Shown: positions 1-8,940, counted from the first letter of the stretch. The stretch is DNA of 32,000 bases from Methylorubrum extorquens (GCA_900234795.1 LT962688.1:3660001-3692000), one strand, 5' to 3'. The notes: generated from the sequence alone by a model not told the origin. Numbers and translations are program-made.

Positions 1-489
1 GGCAGACAATCGAACGGGATCAGTGGGAGAGACAAAATCGTCAGGCTTAAGACCAAGCGCCCCCATAATAGCTGCGATGAAGGGGAACGCGAACCAAACC
101 TCAGGCTGGCAAATTCCGTGGCAAAGGATCTTAGTGCTCGGCGTTTTGATACGAGAAATGTTCCAAAGCCTTGGCAGGGAATTTATTATAAAATGCCCAT
201 AGTGGAGATTAATATATCCGCCATAGATATAAGAACCAACAGCTTCAGGGATCATTCCATAGTCCGAAATCGAAAGCGGGTCGACAACCTGACTATGCGA
301 TAGCTGGTTTTTATCTCTGAAGTCAGTTGCGGCCCCGACAATTTGTCCATCTCGGTCGAAAATGCCCCAGGAGCCACCGCTTTTGTAAGGAAGATAAAAT
401 CCGCCATTGACTACAGAGGTTATAGGATCGTCGTCGATGATCCTATCAGTTCCCCACAGAATATCGCAAACTTGGAGCATTGATGTCAT
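1..489 (-). CDS. Partial CDS (N-terminal 163 codons, runs off the window start): DUF563 / glycosyltransferase family 61-like protein
   Basis: Absent from the supplied ORF track because it is open to the window edge. Manual minus-strand translation from the ATG (complement of 487-489) gives MTSMLQVCDILWGTDRIIDDD...SYIYGGYINLHYGHFIINSLPRLWNISR... The HYGHF-x4-LPRLW block resembles the DUF563/GT61 capsule/EPS glycosyltransferase signature. It starts 9 nt after the stop of the upstream methyltransferase and shares its AT-rich composition. Confidence 0.5.
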   Translation of the reverse strand, partial: MTSMLQVCDILWGTDRIIDDDPITSVVNGGFYLPYKSGGSWGIFDRDGQIVGAATDFRDKNQLSHSQVVDPLSISDYGMIPEAVGSYIYGGYINLHYGHFIINSLPRLWNISRIKTPSTKILCHGICQPEVWFAFPFIAAIMGALGLKPDDFVSPTDPVRLSA

Positions 490-498
490 ACCGTCAAT

Positions 499-1164
499 TT
501 AATAGTTGACGCGAAGTGTCTGATCACCAATCATTTTCATTGCCTTATTGATTAATGGCGACTTCTCGAAGACCAAAATGCTGTCATAAGCTGTCATTGC
601 TACGGTTGACCGCGTAAAGTCGGAAGGCGTTACGCTGTGATCGCGGACATGCTCAGCATTTAATTCATCGAGATATCCTTTAAATCGCTCAACCATAGAG
701 CGAGGATCGCCACGACCGCCGCCGTAGTCAGGCCAATAAGCTGTATGCATGTCTTCGATCATGTAAACGCCGGTGGAGGCGATACGCGGATAAAGGTAGT
801 CGAAACTAGCGGTCACATGCTGCATGTGGTGACTTCCGTCATCTAAAACAGCATCAAAGGCGCCAAACTCATCAATGACGGATTGAAGGAAGCCTTCATC
901 CGACTGATCACCGATCCGCACATGGACCTGATCATCAGCATACTGGCGACACACCTCGTTGATATCGAGCGTAACAATCCTTGCAAGTGGGCCTAGCCAC
1001 CGCTTCCACATCTGAGAAGACCCACCATTTCCCGCGCCAATTTCGAGAAAATTTACCGGTTGGCCAACATATCTGGAAAAATGCCGCTCATAGGCGAAAA
1101 AATAATGTCCAGATTTATGAATCGGCCTGCCAGCATTGTTAAGAAAAAGATCATATAAGGCCAT
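499..1164 (-). CDS. Class I SAM-dependent methyltransferase (CmcI/polysaccharide O-methyltransferase-like)
   Basis: 221-aa ORF. SAM-binding motif I is LEIGAGNGGSS. The N-terminal HKSGHYFFAYERHF block is typical of CmcI-type methyltransferases found in O-antigen/EPS loci. GGTGGAG RBS upstream of the ATG. Composition is AT-rich relative to the rest of the window. Confidence 0.8.
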   Translation of the reverse strand: MALYDLFLNNAGRPIHKSGHYFFAYERHFSRYVGQPVNFLEIGAGNGGSSQMWKRWLGPLARIVTLDINEVCRQYADDQVHVRIGDQSDEGFLQSVIDEFGAFDAVLDDGSHHMQHVTASFDYLYPRIASTGVYMIEDMHTAYWPDYGGGRGDPRSMVERFKGYLDELNAEHVRDHSVTPSDFTRSTVAMTAYDSILVFEKSPLINKAMKMIGDQTLRVNY

Positions 1165-1464
1165 TTCGGATTTACTCCACCAATTACTCGCAAGACGGCA
1201 ACAGGCCCGAGAGAGGGCTGCATTGGACGCCTACCCCGACTTTGGGACGATCGACAAGGGGCCGGCCAGCTAAGTGACTCGGGATTGGGGCTTCTTGAAA
1301 CAGACCTCCCATCGCACGGCGAGGCCGAATTTTCGGCACGAAACGAAATGGCCTTAAATCGCCATCGTTCAGCGCAGAGTAACCCTTTTCACTTTCGCGC
1401 ACGTCCCCTATCTCATTCTCACTAACTTGCTGCCAAGCTCGCCTTTCGTGGAAGTATACCACCT

Positions 1465-2094
1465 ATGCCCTTCGCCCTCACAGCCCCGGCACGTCCCTCC
1501 ATCCTCGGTCGGGTCGTCTCTGCGCTCGCGGCGCTCTGGCTGGCGACCTGCTTGGCGGGGTGCGGGGCGATCAACCGGGTGCCGAGCCTGGAGGAGCAGG
1601 CAAAATCGTCCTGGAGCGAGGTGCAGAACCAATACCAGCGCCGGGCCGACCTGATTCCGAACCTCGTCGAGACCGTGAAGGGCTATGCCAAGCAGGAGCA
1701 GGAGACCCTGACGCGGGTGACGGAAGCCAGGGCCAAGGCGACGAGCATCCAGGTCGATGCCTCGACGGTCAGCGACCCAGAGAAGTTCAAGCAGTTCCAA
1801 GAGGCACAGAACCAGCTTTCGGGGGCGCTCGGACGCTTGCTCGCCTCGGTCGAGGCCTATCCGGATCTGAAATCGAACCAGAACTTCCTGGCGCTGCAAT
1901 CGCAGCTCGAGGGGACGGAGAACCGCATTGCCGTGGCGCGGCGCGACTATATTCAGGCGGTCCAGGCCTACAACACCGAGATCCGCACCATTCCCGGCCG
2001 GTGGGTCGCCTCGTGGTTCTACCCGGAGGCGAAGCCGATGGAGACCTTCACCTCGACGCCGGGTGCAGAGCGCGCGCCGAACGTGAAGTTCTAG
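1465..2094 (+). CDS. lemA: LemA family protein (lipoprotein/membrane anchored)
   Basis: 209-aa ORF. N-terminal hydrophobic segment with the lipobox-like LAGCG. Core SWSEVQNQYQRRADLIPNLVETVKGYAKQEQETL...LEGTENRIAVARRDYIQAVQAYN is characteristic of LemA (PF04011). Confidence 0.9.
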   Translation: MPFALTAPARPSILGRVVSALAALWLATCLAGCGAINRVPSLEEQAKSSWSEVQNQYQRRADLIPNLVETVKGYAKQEQETLTRVTEARAKATSIQVDASTVSDPEKFKQFQEAQNQLSGALGRLLASVEAYPDLKSNQNFLALQSQLEGTENRIAVARRDYIQAVQAYNTEIRTIPGRWVASWFYPEAKPMETFTSTPGAERAPNVKF

Positions 2095-2110
2095 TTCGCT
2101 CTGCCAACTG

Positions 2111-2899
2111 GTGATGACGCGCCCCGATCGGACCGCTCGGCACCCCGCATTCGGCCCGCTGCCGGCTTTGTGGCTCGCGCTGCTGATTGTCGCCGGCCTC
2201 ATGGGCCTCGCAAAAGCAGCCGAGCCCGACTTCCCCAAGCTCACGGGCCGGGTGGTGGATGCGGCCGGCATCCTCTCGCAGGAGACGCGGGCGCGGATCG
2301 ACGGCAAGATCAAGGCCCACGAGGACAAGACGGGCGATCAACTCGTGGTCGCCACCGTGCCGAGCCTTCAGGACCGCACGGTCGAGGATTACGCCAACCG
2401 CCTCGCCCGGGCCTGGGGCATCGGCCAGAAGAAGACCAACAACGGTGTTCTGCTGCTGGTGGCCCCGAAGGAGCGCAAGGTCCGCATCGAGGTCGGGTAC
2501 GGCCTCGAAGGCGCGCTCACCGATGCGTTGTCGAAGACGATCATCACGACGGCGATCACGCCCCGTTTCCGCCAAGGCGACTTTTCCGGGGGCGTGGAGG
2601 CGGGGGTCGACGCCATCCTTCCGATCCTCTCCGGCGATGCCGACGAGTGGCAGCGCCGCGCGCCGGTGCGGGAGGACACGGTCGATCCCGTCACGGTGAT
2701 TTTCTGGATCGTCGTCATCATCGCCCTCGTCATCGTGCTGACGCGGATGAACGGCGGCGGACGACGCGGCCGCGGTGGCGGCTTCGTGGTGATCCCGGGG
2801 CCGTCCGGCGGCTGGAGCGGCGGCTTCTCCGATAGCGGCGGAGGATTCTCCGGCGGGGGCGGCTCGTTCGGCGGCGGGGGAGCGTCCGGTGACTGGTAG
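2111..2899 (+). CDS. TPM domain-containing protein (YgcG-like) with TM segment and Gly-rich C-terminal tail
   Basis: 262-aa ORF, GTG 2111 or ATG 2114. Signal/anchor sequence, then LTGRVVDAAGILS...QLVVATVPSLQ...NNGVLLLVAPKERKVRIEVGYGLEG (TPM phosphatase fold family). This is followed by a TM helix and the tail GGGFSGGGGSFGGGGASGDW. Starts 16 nt downstream of lemA. Confidence 0.85.
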   Translation: MMTRPDRTARHPAFGPLPALWLALLIVAGLMGLAKAAEPDFPKLTGRVVDAAGILSQETRARIDGKIKAHEDKTGDQLVVATVPSLQDRTVEDYANRLARAWGIGQKKTNNGVLLLVAPKERKVRIEVGYGLEGALTDALSKTIITTAITPRFRQGDFSGGVEAGVDAILPILSGDADEWQRRAPVREDTVDPVTVIFWIVVIIALVIVLTRMNGGGRRGRGGGFVVIPGPSGGWSGGFSDSGGGFSGGGGSFGGGGASGDW

Positions 2900-3515
2900 C
2901 GTGAGCATCCTCGATCCCGCCGCGCGGGAGCGGATCGCCGCAGCGATCGGGCGGGCAGAGACCGGGACGTCGGGCGAGATCGTGGTGCTGGTCTCCGCCA
3001 GCGCCGGGCTCTATCGCTCCCCCGGCCTCGCCGTGGCCCTGGCGGTCGCCCTGGCCCTGCCCTGGCCCCTGATCCTGCTCACCGAGCTCGGTGCGGGTGA
3101 GATTGCGCTCGCTCAGGCGGCGACCGTGCTCGTTACGCTGCTGCTGACCCTAAACGAGCGTCTTCGGATCACCCTCACCCCGCGGCGCTGGCAGCGCGAA
3201 CGCGCCCACGCCGCCGCCCGTCGCGAGTTCTTCGCACACGGTCTCACCGGAACGCGGGGGCGCACCGGCGTGCTGGTCTACGTGGCCCTCGCCGAGCGCT
3301 ACGCCGAGATCGTTGCCGACAAGGGTGTGCGGGCCCGCGTGGAGGAGGCGCAGTGGCGTGCCATCGTCTCGGAGCTGCTCGTTGCGGCCGGACGCGGAGC
3401 CCTCGGCGAGGGACTCGTCTCGGCAGTGGAGCAGGTCGGCGCCGTGCTGAAGGCGGAGCTGCCGGGCAGCCACAGCGACAACCAACTCCCCAACCGCGTC
3501 ATCGTCCTCGACTGA
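2889..3515 (+). CDS. TPM/DUF477-family membrane protein (third gene of the LemA-TPM-TPM operon)
   Basis: 208-aa ORF. The GTG start overlaps the upstream stop (GTGACTGGTAG), suggesting translational coupling; an alternative GTG lies at 2901. Motifs IAAAIGRAETGTSGEIVVLV and TGVLVYVALAERYAEIVADKG match the TPM-like family usually found after LemA and YgcG. Confidence 0.75.
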   Translation: MTGSVSILDPAARERIAAAIGRAETGTSGEIVVLVSASAGLYRSPGLAVALAVALALPWPLILLTELGAGEIALAQAATVLVTLLLTLNERLRITLTPRRWQRERAHAAARREFFAHGLTGTRGRTGVLVYVALAERYAEIVADKGVRARVEEAQWRAIVSELLVAAGRGALGEGLVSAVEQVGAVLKAELPGSHSDNQLPNRVIVLD

Positions 3516-3813
3516 GACGTTCGAAGGCATTCCACGCGGCCGATCCGCTTCGGATCGAACGGGAGCCGCGCTGAATCGACGGCAGCGTCCGGATGCCCGT
3601 TTCCCCCGTTGCCCTTCGCACGGGCGTTGATGGCACCGTGGCGCACTCATCCCAAGGTTCGGGTAACGCGGGATGGAAGATGTCACCGCGGGTGCCGAGG
3701 GAACCTGCACCTGTGTGCTCACCGCAACTGGTATCGCAGGAAAAATTGCGCCAAACAGATCGGTGAAAGGCCGCCTGCATCAAGAATGCGGCCAATGACG
3801 GAGTGAGGCGTCG

Positions 3814-5871
3814 ATGGGCGCAATACAGAAGCATGGGCCCTGGGCCCTGGTTGGGGCGTTGGGCGCTGCGTCGCTGGCGGTGGTCGCCACGCAACGGGGC
3901 GAATCGATCAACGCCCTATGGGTCGTGGTCGCGGCGGTCTGCGTCTACCTCATCGCCTACCGCTACTATTCCCTTTTCATCGCCGACAAGGTGATGCGTC
4001 TCGATCCGAAGCGCGAGACCCCGGCCCACCGTCACAACGACGGCCTCGACTACGTTCCCACCAACAAATCGGTCCTGTTCGGCCACCACTTCGCGGCCAT
4101 TGCCGGCGCCGGACCCTTGGTCGGCCCGGTGCTCGCGGCACAGATGGGCTACCTGCCCGGCATGCTCTGGATCCTCGCCGGCGTCGTGCTCGCGGGCGCG
4201 GTGCAGGACTTCATGATCCTGTTCATCTCGATGCGCCGCGATGGGCGCTCGCTGGGCGAGCTGATCCGGGCCGAGCTCGGGGTGATCCCCGGCGTGATCG
4301 CCCTGTTCGGCACCTTCATGATCATGGTCATTCTGCTCGCCGTGCTGGCGATGATCGTGGTGAAGGCACTGGCCGAGAGCCCCTGGGGCACCTTCACCGT
4401 CGGCGCGACGATCCCGATCGCGATCCTGATGGGCCTCTACGCGCGCTACATCCGGCCGGGCAAGATCGGCGAGGTGTCGATCATCGGCTTCGTCCTGCTC
4501 ATGGCCGCGATCGTCGGCGGCGGTCAGATCAACGAACACCCCACTTGGGGTCCTGCCTTCACCTTCACCGGCACCCAGCTCACGTGGATGTTGATCGGCT
4601 ACGGCTTCGTCGCCGCGATCCTGCCGGTGTGGCTGCTGCTCGCCCCGCGTGACTACCTGTCGACCTTCCTCAAGATCGGCACCATCATCGGCCTGGCGCT
4701 CGGCATCGTCGTCGTCGCCCCGCACATGCAGATGCCCGCCACGACGAAGTTCATCGATGGCACCGGTCCGGTCTGGGCGGGCTCGCTGTTTCCGTTCCTG
4801 TTCATCACCATCGCCTGCGGCGCCGTCTCGGGCTTCCACGCGCTGATCTCGTCGGGCACGACCCCGAAGCTCGTCAACAACGAGATGGACACCCGCTTCA
4901 TCGGCTACGGCGGCATGCTGATGGAAAGCTTCGTGGCGATCATGGCGCTGGTGGCCGCCAGCGTGATCGACCCGGGCATCTACTTCACCATGAACTCCCC
5001 GGGCGCCCTGCTCGGCAGCACGCCGGAAACCGCCGCCGCCGCGGTGACGGCGCTCGGCTTCCCGATCGGTCCGGACGTCATCGCCCAGACCGCCAAGGAT
5101 GTCGGCGAGCACTCGATCATCTCGCGCGTCGGCGGCGCGCCGACCCTCGCGGTCGGCATGGCGCACATCATCTCCTCGGCCATCGGCGGCAAGGCGATGA
5201 TGGCCTTCTGGTATCACTTCGCGATCCTGTTCGAGGCCCTGTTCATCCTGACCGCGGTGGATGCGGGCACGCGCGCCGGCCGCTTCATGCTGCAGGATCT
5301 GCTCGGCCTGCTCTCGCCGCGCTTCAAGGACACCTCGGCCTGGGGTCCGAGCGTGGTCGCCACCGCCCTGTGCGTCAGCGCCTGGGGCTACTTCCTCTAC
5401 CAGGGCGTCACCGATCCGCTCGGCGGCATCTACACCCTGTGGCCGCTGTTCGGCATCTCGAACCAGATGCTGGCCGCCGTCGCGCTGACGCTGGCAACCG
5501 TCGTGATCTTCAAGATGAAGCGCGAGCGCTATGCCTTCGTCACGATCATCCCGACCGTCTGGCTGTGCATCTGCACCCTGACCGCCGGCTGGCAGAAGAT
5601 CTTCTCGCCCGACCCGAAGATCGGCTTCCTCTCGCACGCCGACCGCTTCTCGGCGGCGATCGCGGAAGGCAAGGTGCTCGGCCCGGCCAAGAGCATGGCG
5701 GACATGCACAAGATCGTCTTCAACGACCGCATCGACGCGGCTCTCGCCGTGTTCTTCGTCGGCCTCGTCGTGGCGATCGCGGTGTTCGGCGTCATGGCCT
5801 GCGTCAAGGCCTACCGTGCCGATCGCTGGACGGCGCTCGAAGCCGATCCCCGACTCGCCCCGGCGGAGTGA
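3814..5871 (+). CDS. cstA: Carbon starvation protein A (peptide/pyruvate transporter family)
   Basis: 685-aa polytopic membrane ORF. Highly recognisable CstA blocks: YRYYSLFIADKVMRLDP, LFGHHFAAIAGAGPLVGPVLAAQ, ITIACGAVSGFHALISSGTTPK. GGAGTGAGG RBS before the ATG at 3814. Confidence 0.95.
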   Translation: MGAIQKHGPWALVGALGAASLAVVATQRGESINALWVVVAAVCVYLIAYRYYSLFIADKVMRLDPKRETPAHRHNDGLDYVPTNKSVLFGHHFAAIAGAGPLVGPVLAAQMGYLPGMLWILAGVVLAGAVQDFMILFISMRRDGRSLGELIRAELGVIPGVIALFGTFMIMVILLAVLAMIVVKALAESPWGTFTVGATIPIAILMGLYARYIRPGKIGEVSIIGFVLLMAAIVGGGQINEHPTWGPAFTFTGTQLTWMLIGYGFVAAILPVWLLLAPRDYLSTFLKIGTIIGLALGIVVVAPHMQMPATTKFIDGTGPVWAGSLFPFLFITIACGAVSGFHALISSGTTPKLVNNEMDTRFIGYGGMLMESFVAIMALVAASVIDPGIYFTMNSPGALLGSTPETAAAAVTALGFPIGPDVIAQTAKDVGEHSIISRVGGAPTLAVGMAHIISSAIGGKAMMAFWYHFAILFEALFILTAVDAGTRAGRFMLQDLLGLLSPRFKDTSAWGPSVVATALCVSAWGYFLYQGVTDPLGGIYTLWPLFGISNQMLAAVALTLATVVIFKMKRERYAFVTIIPTVWLCICTLTAGWQKIFSPDPKIGFLSHADRFSAAIAEGKVLGPAKSMADMHKIVFNDRIDAALAVFFVGLVVAIAVFGVMACVKAYRADRWTALEADPRLAPAE

Positions 5872-5878
5872 GGCCGTC

Positions 5879-6112
5879 ATGACCGGAACCGCAACGTCGA
5901 TGCAGAGCTTTCGCGAACGCCTTCAGGCCTTCAACAAGTGCGTTTGCGACGGCGCGCGGCTGATGGTGGGTCAGGGTGATTACGGGACTTACGTCGCCCA
6001 TATCGCCAAGACCCATCCCGATCAGGCGCCGATGACCGAGCGGGAGTTTTTCCGCAACCGCGAGAACGCTCGCTTCGGTGTCGGCAACAGTTCGGGTTTC
6101 CGCTGCTGCTGA
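5879..6112 (+). CDS. ybdD: YbdD/YjiX family small protein (DUF466), CstA partner
   Basis: The internal ATG at 5879 of the 5816..6112 ORF lies 7 nt after the cstA stop. Sequence ...LMVGQGDYGTYVAHIAKTHPDQAPMTEREFFRNRENARFG...GFRCC matches the YbdD family, including the terminal RCC. The conserved cstA-ybdD gene order is present. Confidence 0.85.
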   Translation: MTGTATSMQSFRERLQAFNKCVCDGARLMVGQGDYGTYVAHIAKTHPDQAPMTEREFFRNRENARFGVGNSSGFRCC

Positions 6113-6170
6113 AGCGCTAACCTGCCTCTCGGAAGGGCAGCTCGTCCTTCCCGTGACGACATCGTGTGAA

Positions 6171-6213
6171 AACGCCGGGCTCCGTGATCGGGCCCGGCGT
6201 TTTCTTTTCTTTT
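6171..6213 (+). terminator. Rho-independent terminator of cstA-ybdD
   Basis: AACGCCGGGC (6171-6180) pairs with GCCCGGCGTT (6192-6201) and is followed by TTTCTTTTCTTTT. Confidence 0.7.
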
Positions 6214-6506
6214 GGAAGCTCGGACAGCGGGCTGCCCATCATCGACATCGATGCGTGCGAGATCACCGTGAGATGGGGGAACCGGAGCAGAGCGAAGGCG
6301 CCTGCAATCGGCGGGACGATCCCTCTCCGAGACATTGTCCCGACGCGGTTTTCACGTGAAATTAACCCTGAAAACTCGGCGAAGCCCGCTCCGTGCACCG
6401 GCTTTCCATTGATCGATCGTTCCTAAAGCAGCGATTGCGACCCTCGGCCGTTGCAATGCAACCAGCGCGGCTTCTAGTCTCCCGGCAACGAGGGGGGACT
6501 GCGACG

Positions 6507-7796
6507 ATGGATCAATTGGCAGGCATGCCGAGCCCGGCTGGGGCGCGGACGGGAGAGGTTGCGTTCGACCGGAAGGCGCCGGGGCTGACGGGCATCGTCG
6601 TCAAAGGCTTCCTGCTCTCGCTGATCACCTTCTCGATCTACCGGTTCTGGTACATTACCAATCTGCGGCGATACTTCTGGAGCCGCACCGTCGTCGCCGG
6701 CAGCCCGGCCGAGTATCTCGGCACCGGCAAGGAGCTGTTCCTCGGCTTCCTCGTGGCGCTCGCCATCTTGGTGCCGATCTACATCGTCCTGTTCGTGATC
6801 GGTCTCCTGAGCCCAGCGCTGGCAGCCCTGGCCGCGCCAATCTCCTTCATCGGCCTGTTCGTGCTCGGGCAATACGCGCTGTTCCGCGGCCGGCGCTACC
6901 GCGCCTCGCGCACGCGCTGGCGCGGCATCCGCCTCGGCCAGGACGGCTCGGGCTTCGCTTATGCCGGGCGTGCCAGTCTGTGGTGGCTCGCGACCTTCGC
7001 CAGCCTCGGCCTGGCCTTCCCCTTCATGCGCGCGGCGCTGGAGCGCTACCGCATCGACCATACGCTGATCGGCCAGAGCCGGATGCGCTCGACCGCGACC
7101 GGCCGCTCGATCCTGATGCCGTGGATGATGTTCTACATCGTTGCGTTGCTGCCGATCCTCTTGAGCGTCGCGGCGCTGCTGGCGGCGACCGGATTCGACA
7201 TCCCGAGCGATCTGCTGATCCAGGATCCGGCGAGTGAGAACAGCAAGTTCATCTTCAACCCGGCCTACGAGGACTCGCCGCTCGTGTCCTACGCCAGCGC
7301 CGTCGGGATCGCCGCCAGCGTGTCGATCCCGCTGGCGCTGCTGCTGATCCCCTACTATCGGGCTCGCGAGACCCGCGCCTTCTTCAATGCCGCCTCCCTC
7401 GGCGAGGCGAGGCTGGCCTCCTCGCTGAAGGCGCGTCAGTTCTACTTCCCCTACCTCGTCTACATGCTGGCGGTGATCGGCTTCATCATCGTCCTCGGCA
7501 TCATCGCCGCTCTTCTCCTGCCCCTGATCGCCACGGACGGCGAGAATGCGGGCATCCAGGCCTTCGTCATCGCATCGAGCGTGCTGCTCTATCTCGGGGC
7601 CATCCTCGGCACGAACGTGCTTTATGTCCGCATCATCACCGTGCGCCTGTGGCACGCGGTGGCCACGACGATGCAGATCGAGAACCTGCCGGCGCTGGAA
7701 GCGGTGCTCGCCTCGACGCGCGCTCCGGCCAGCGGCCTGAACGAAGGGCTGGCCGACGCACTCGATGTCGGCGGTGCTCTTGAGATCGGGTTCTAG
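6507..7796 (+). CDS. DUF898 (YjgN-like) polytopic membrane protein
   Basis: ORF 6393..7796. The preferred start is ATG 6507, preceded by GAGGGGGG. Multiple TM helices and the motif FLLSLITFSIYRFWYITNLRRYFWSRT, repeated in degenerate form later in the protein, as in DUF898/YjgN proteins. Confidence 0.8.
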   Translation: MDQLAGMPSPAGARTGEVAFDRKAPGLTGIVVKGFLLSLITFSIYRFWYITNLRRYFWSRTVVAGSPAEYLGTGKELFLGFLVALAILVPIYIVLFVIGLLSPALAALAAPISFIGLFVLGQYALFRGRRYRASRTRWRGIRLGQDGSGFAYAGRASLWWLATFASLGLAFPFMRAALERYRIDHTLIGQSRMRSTATGRSILMPWMMFYIVALLPILLSVAALLAATGFDIPSDLLIQDPASENSKFIFNPAYEDSPLVSYASAVGIAASVSIPLALLLIPYYRARETRAFFNAASLGEARLASSLKARQFYFPYLVYMLAVIGFIIVLGIIAALLLPLIATDGENAGIQAFVIASSVLLYLGAILGTNVLYVRIITVRLWHAVATTMQIENLPALEAVLASTRAPASGLNEGLADALDVGGALEIGF

Positions 7797-7803
7797 CCCG
7801 CCG

Positions 7804-8940
7804 ATGGAGGCGATCACCACGACCGGCACGTTCTTCGACGGCCTCAGCGCCCGGCCCCGGCCGGTGACGCTGAGGCTGACGTTCCGGCTCGAAGTCTCCG
7901 GCGAGGATGTGTCCCGCGACTGGAGCCTGCTCGACCTGCGCGCCGCCGACGCCGCCCCGCCCCTGATGCGGATCAACCACGCGCAGGGATCGGAGAGCGT
8001 CGAGTTCGCCGACGCCGCGTTCGCGGAAGCTCTCAAAGCGCGATGTCCTGACCTGAACCGGACCGAGAGCGGAGGCGGCCTCACCCGTCTCGTGCTCTGG
8101 TCGATCGCAGCGGGCGTCTCCGTGCTGCTGACGGCTGTCTACGGTGTGCCGGCGGCTTCGAACCTGCTCGCCCCCTTGGTGCCGCAGGCGATCGAAGCGC
8201 AACTCGGGCGCAGCGTCGATGCCCAGATTGTCGGCCTTCTCGACGACCCGCCGCTCTGCAACGAGGCGGCGGGGCGGGCGGTGCTCGACCGGCTGACGGC
8301 GCGGCTTGCCGAGGGTATGGCGCTTCCGGCGACGCCGCAGGTCAGCGTGCGCCAACACAAGGTCGCCAACGCGCTCGCCCTGCCGGGCGGCCGGGTGATC
8401 CTGCTCTCCGACATCCTTGCTAAGGCCAAAAGCGGCGATGAGCTGGCCGGCATCCTCGCGCACGAGTTCGGCCATATCGCCGCCCGCGATCCGATGCGCT
8501 CGGTGATCACGGCCGGCGGCACCTCGTTCCTGCTGAGCCTCGTGCTCGGCGATCTCACCGGCTCGACGGTGCTGGTGACGATCGGGCAGGCGGCGATTTC
8601 GGCAGGCTACTCACGCGATGCGGAGCGGACGGCGGACGCCTACGCGGTGGCGGCGGTGAAGCGGGCCGGCGGTGACGGGGCCGCACTCGCCGCGATCCTG
8701 GAGCGCATCACCGATGCGGACGACGAGAAGCCGGACGCGACCTCGTTCCTGCGCTCCCATCCGGTCACGGCGGAGCGGGCCGCGCGGATCCGGTCACTGG
8801 CGGGGGAGAAGCCGGCCGGCCCCGGCATCCTGTCCGAGGCCGAGTGGCAGAGCCTCCAGGGCATCTGCCCGAAGCCGGCCAAACCGGAAAAGACCAAGCC
8901 GGACGACAAGGCCCCCAAGACGCCGACCGAGAAGCTGTAG
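7804..8940 (+). CDS. M48 family zinc metallopeptidase with N-terminal accessory domain
   Basis: Contains HEFGH (ILAHEFGHIAARDP) with a downstream acidic ligand region (SRDAERTADAYA). N-terminal ~100 aa soluble domain (GTFFDGLSARPRPVTLRL), then a TM segment. Lys/Pro-rich C-terminal tail. Start is ambiguous: ATG 7804 lies 8 nt after the DUF898 stop, while ATG 7765 overlaps DUF898. Confidence 0.85.
   Translation: MEAITTTGTFFDGLSARPRPVTLRLTFRLEVSGEDVSRDWSLLDLRAADAAPPLMRINHAQGSESVEFADAAFAEALKARCPDLNRTESGGGLTRLVLWSIAAGVSVLLTAVYGVPAASNLLAPLVPQAIEAQLGRSVDAQIVGLLDDPPLCNEAAGRAVLDRLTARLAEGMALPATPQVSVRQHKVANALALPGGRVILLSDILAKAKSGDELAGILAHEFGHIAARDPMRSVITAGGTSFLLSLVLGDLTGSTVLVTIGQAAISAGYSRDAERTADAYAVAAVKRAGGDGAALAAILERITDADDEKPDATSFLRSHPVTAERAARIRSLAGEKPAGPGILSEAEWQSLQGICPKPAKPEKTKPDDKAPKTPTEKL

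Noticed and set aside
118-303. 61-aa plus-strand ORF in the AT-rich start of the window
   Set aside because: It lies antisense to the longer open minus-strand frame with the DUF563/GT61-like HYGHF..LPRLW motif. It has no RBS or family support.
1184-1462. 92-aa minus-strand ORF between the methyltransferase and lemA
   Set aside because: It would leave no promoter space for divergent lemA (start 1465). No recognisable family and mixed composition. The region is more likely the shared promoter region. I cannot fully exclude a shorter real peptide.
3916-5880. 654-aa ORF antisense to cstA, plus several nested ORFs in other frames
   Set aside because: It is fully antisense to a gene with unmistakable CstA homology. 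Its Arg/Asp/Gly/His-rich, low-complexity translation is typical of GC-driven shadow ORFs.
6474-8475. 536-aa and 279-aa minus-strand ORFs opposite DUF898/M48; likewise 22386..23945 opposite the ABC exporter, and 12064..12891 and 13187..14524 opposite the porin/hslO
   Set aside because: Same reasoning: they are antisense to genes with clear family motifs, and their translations are low-complexity and Arg-rich.
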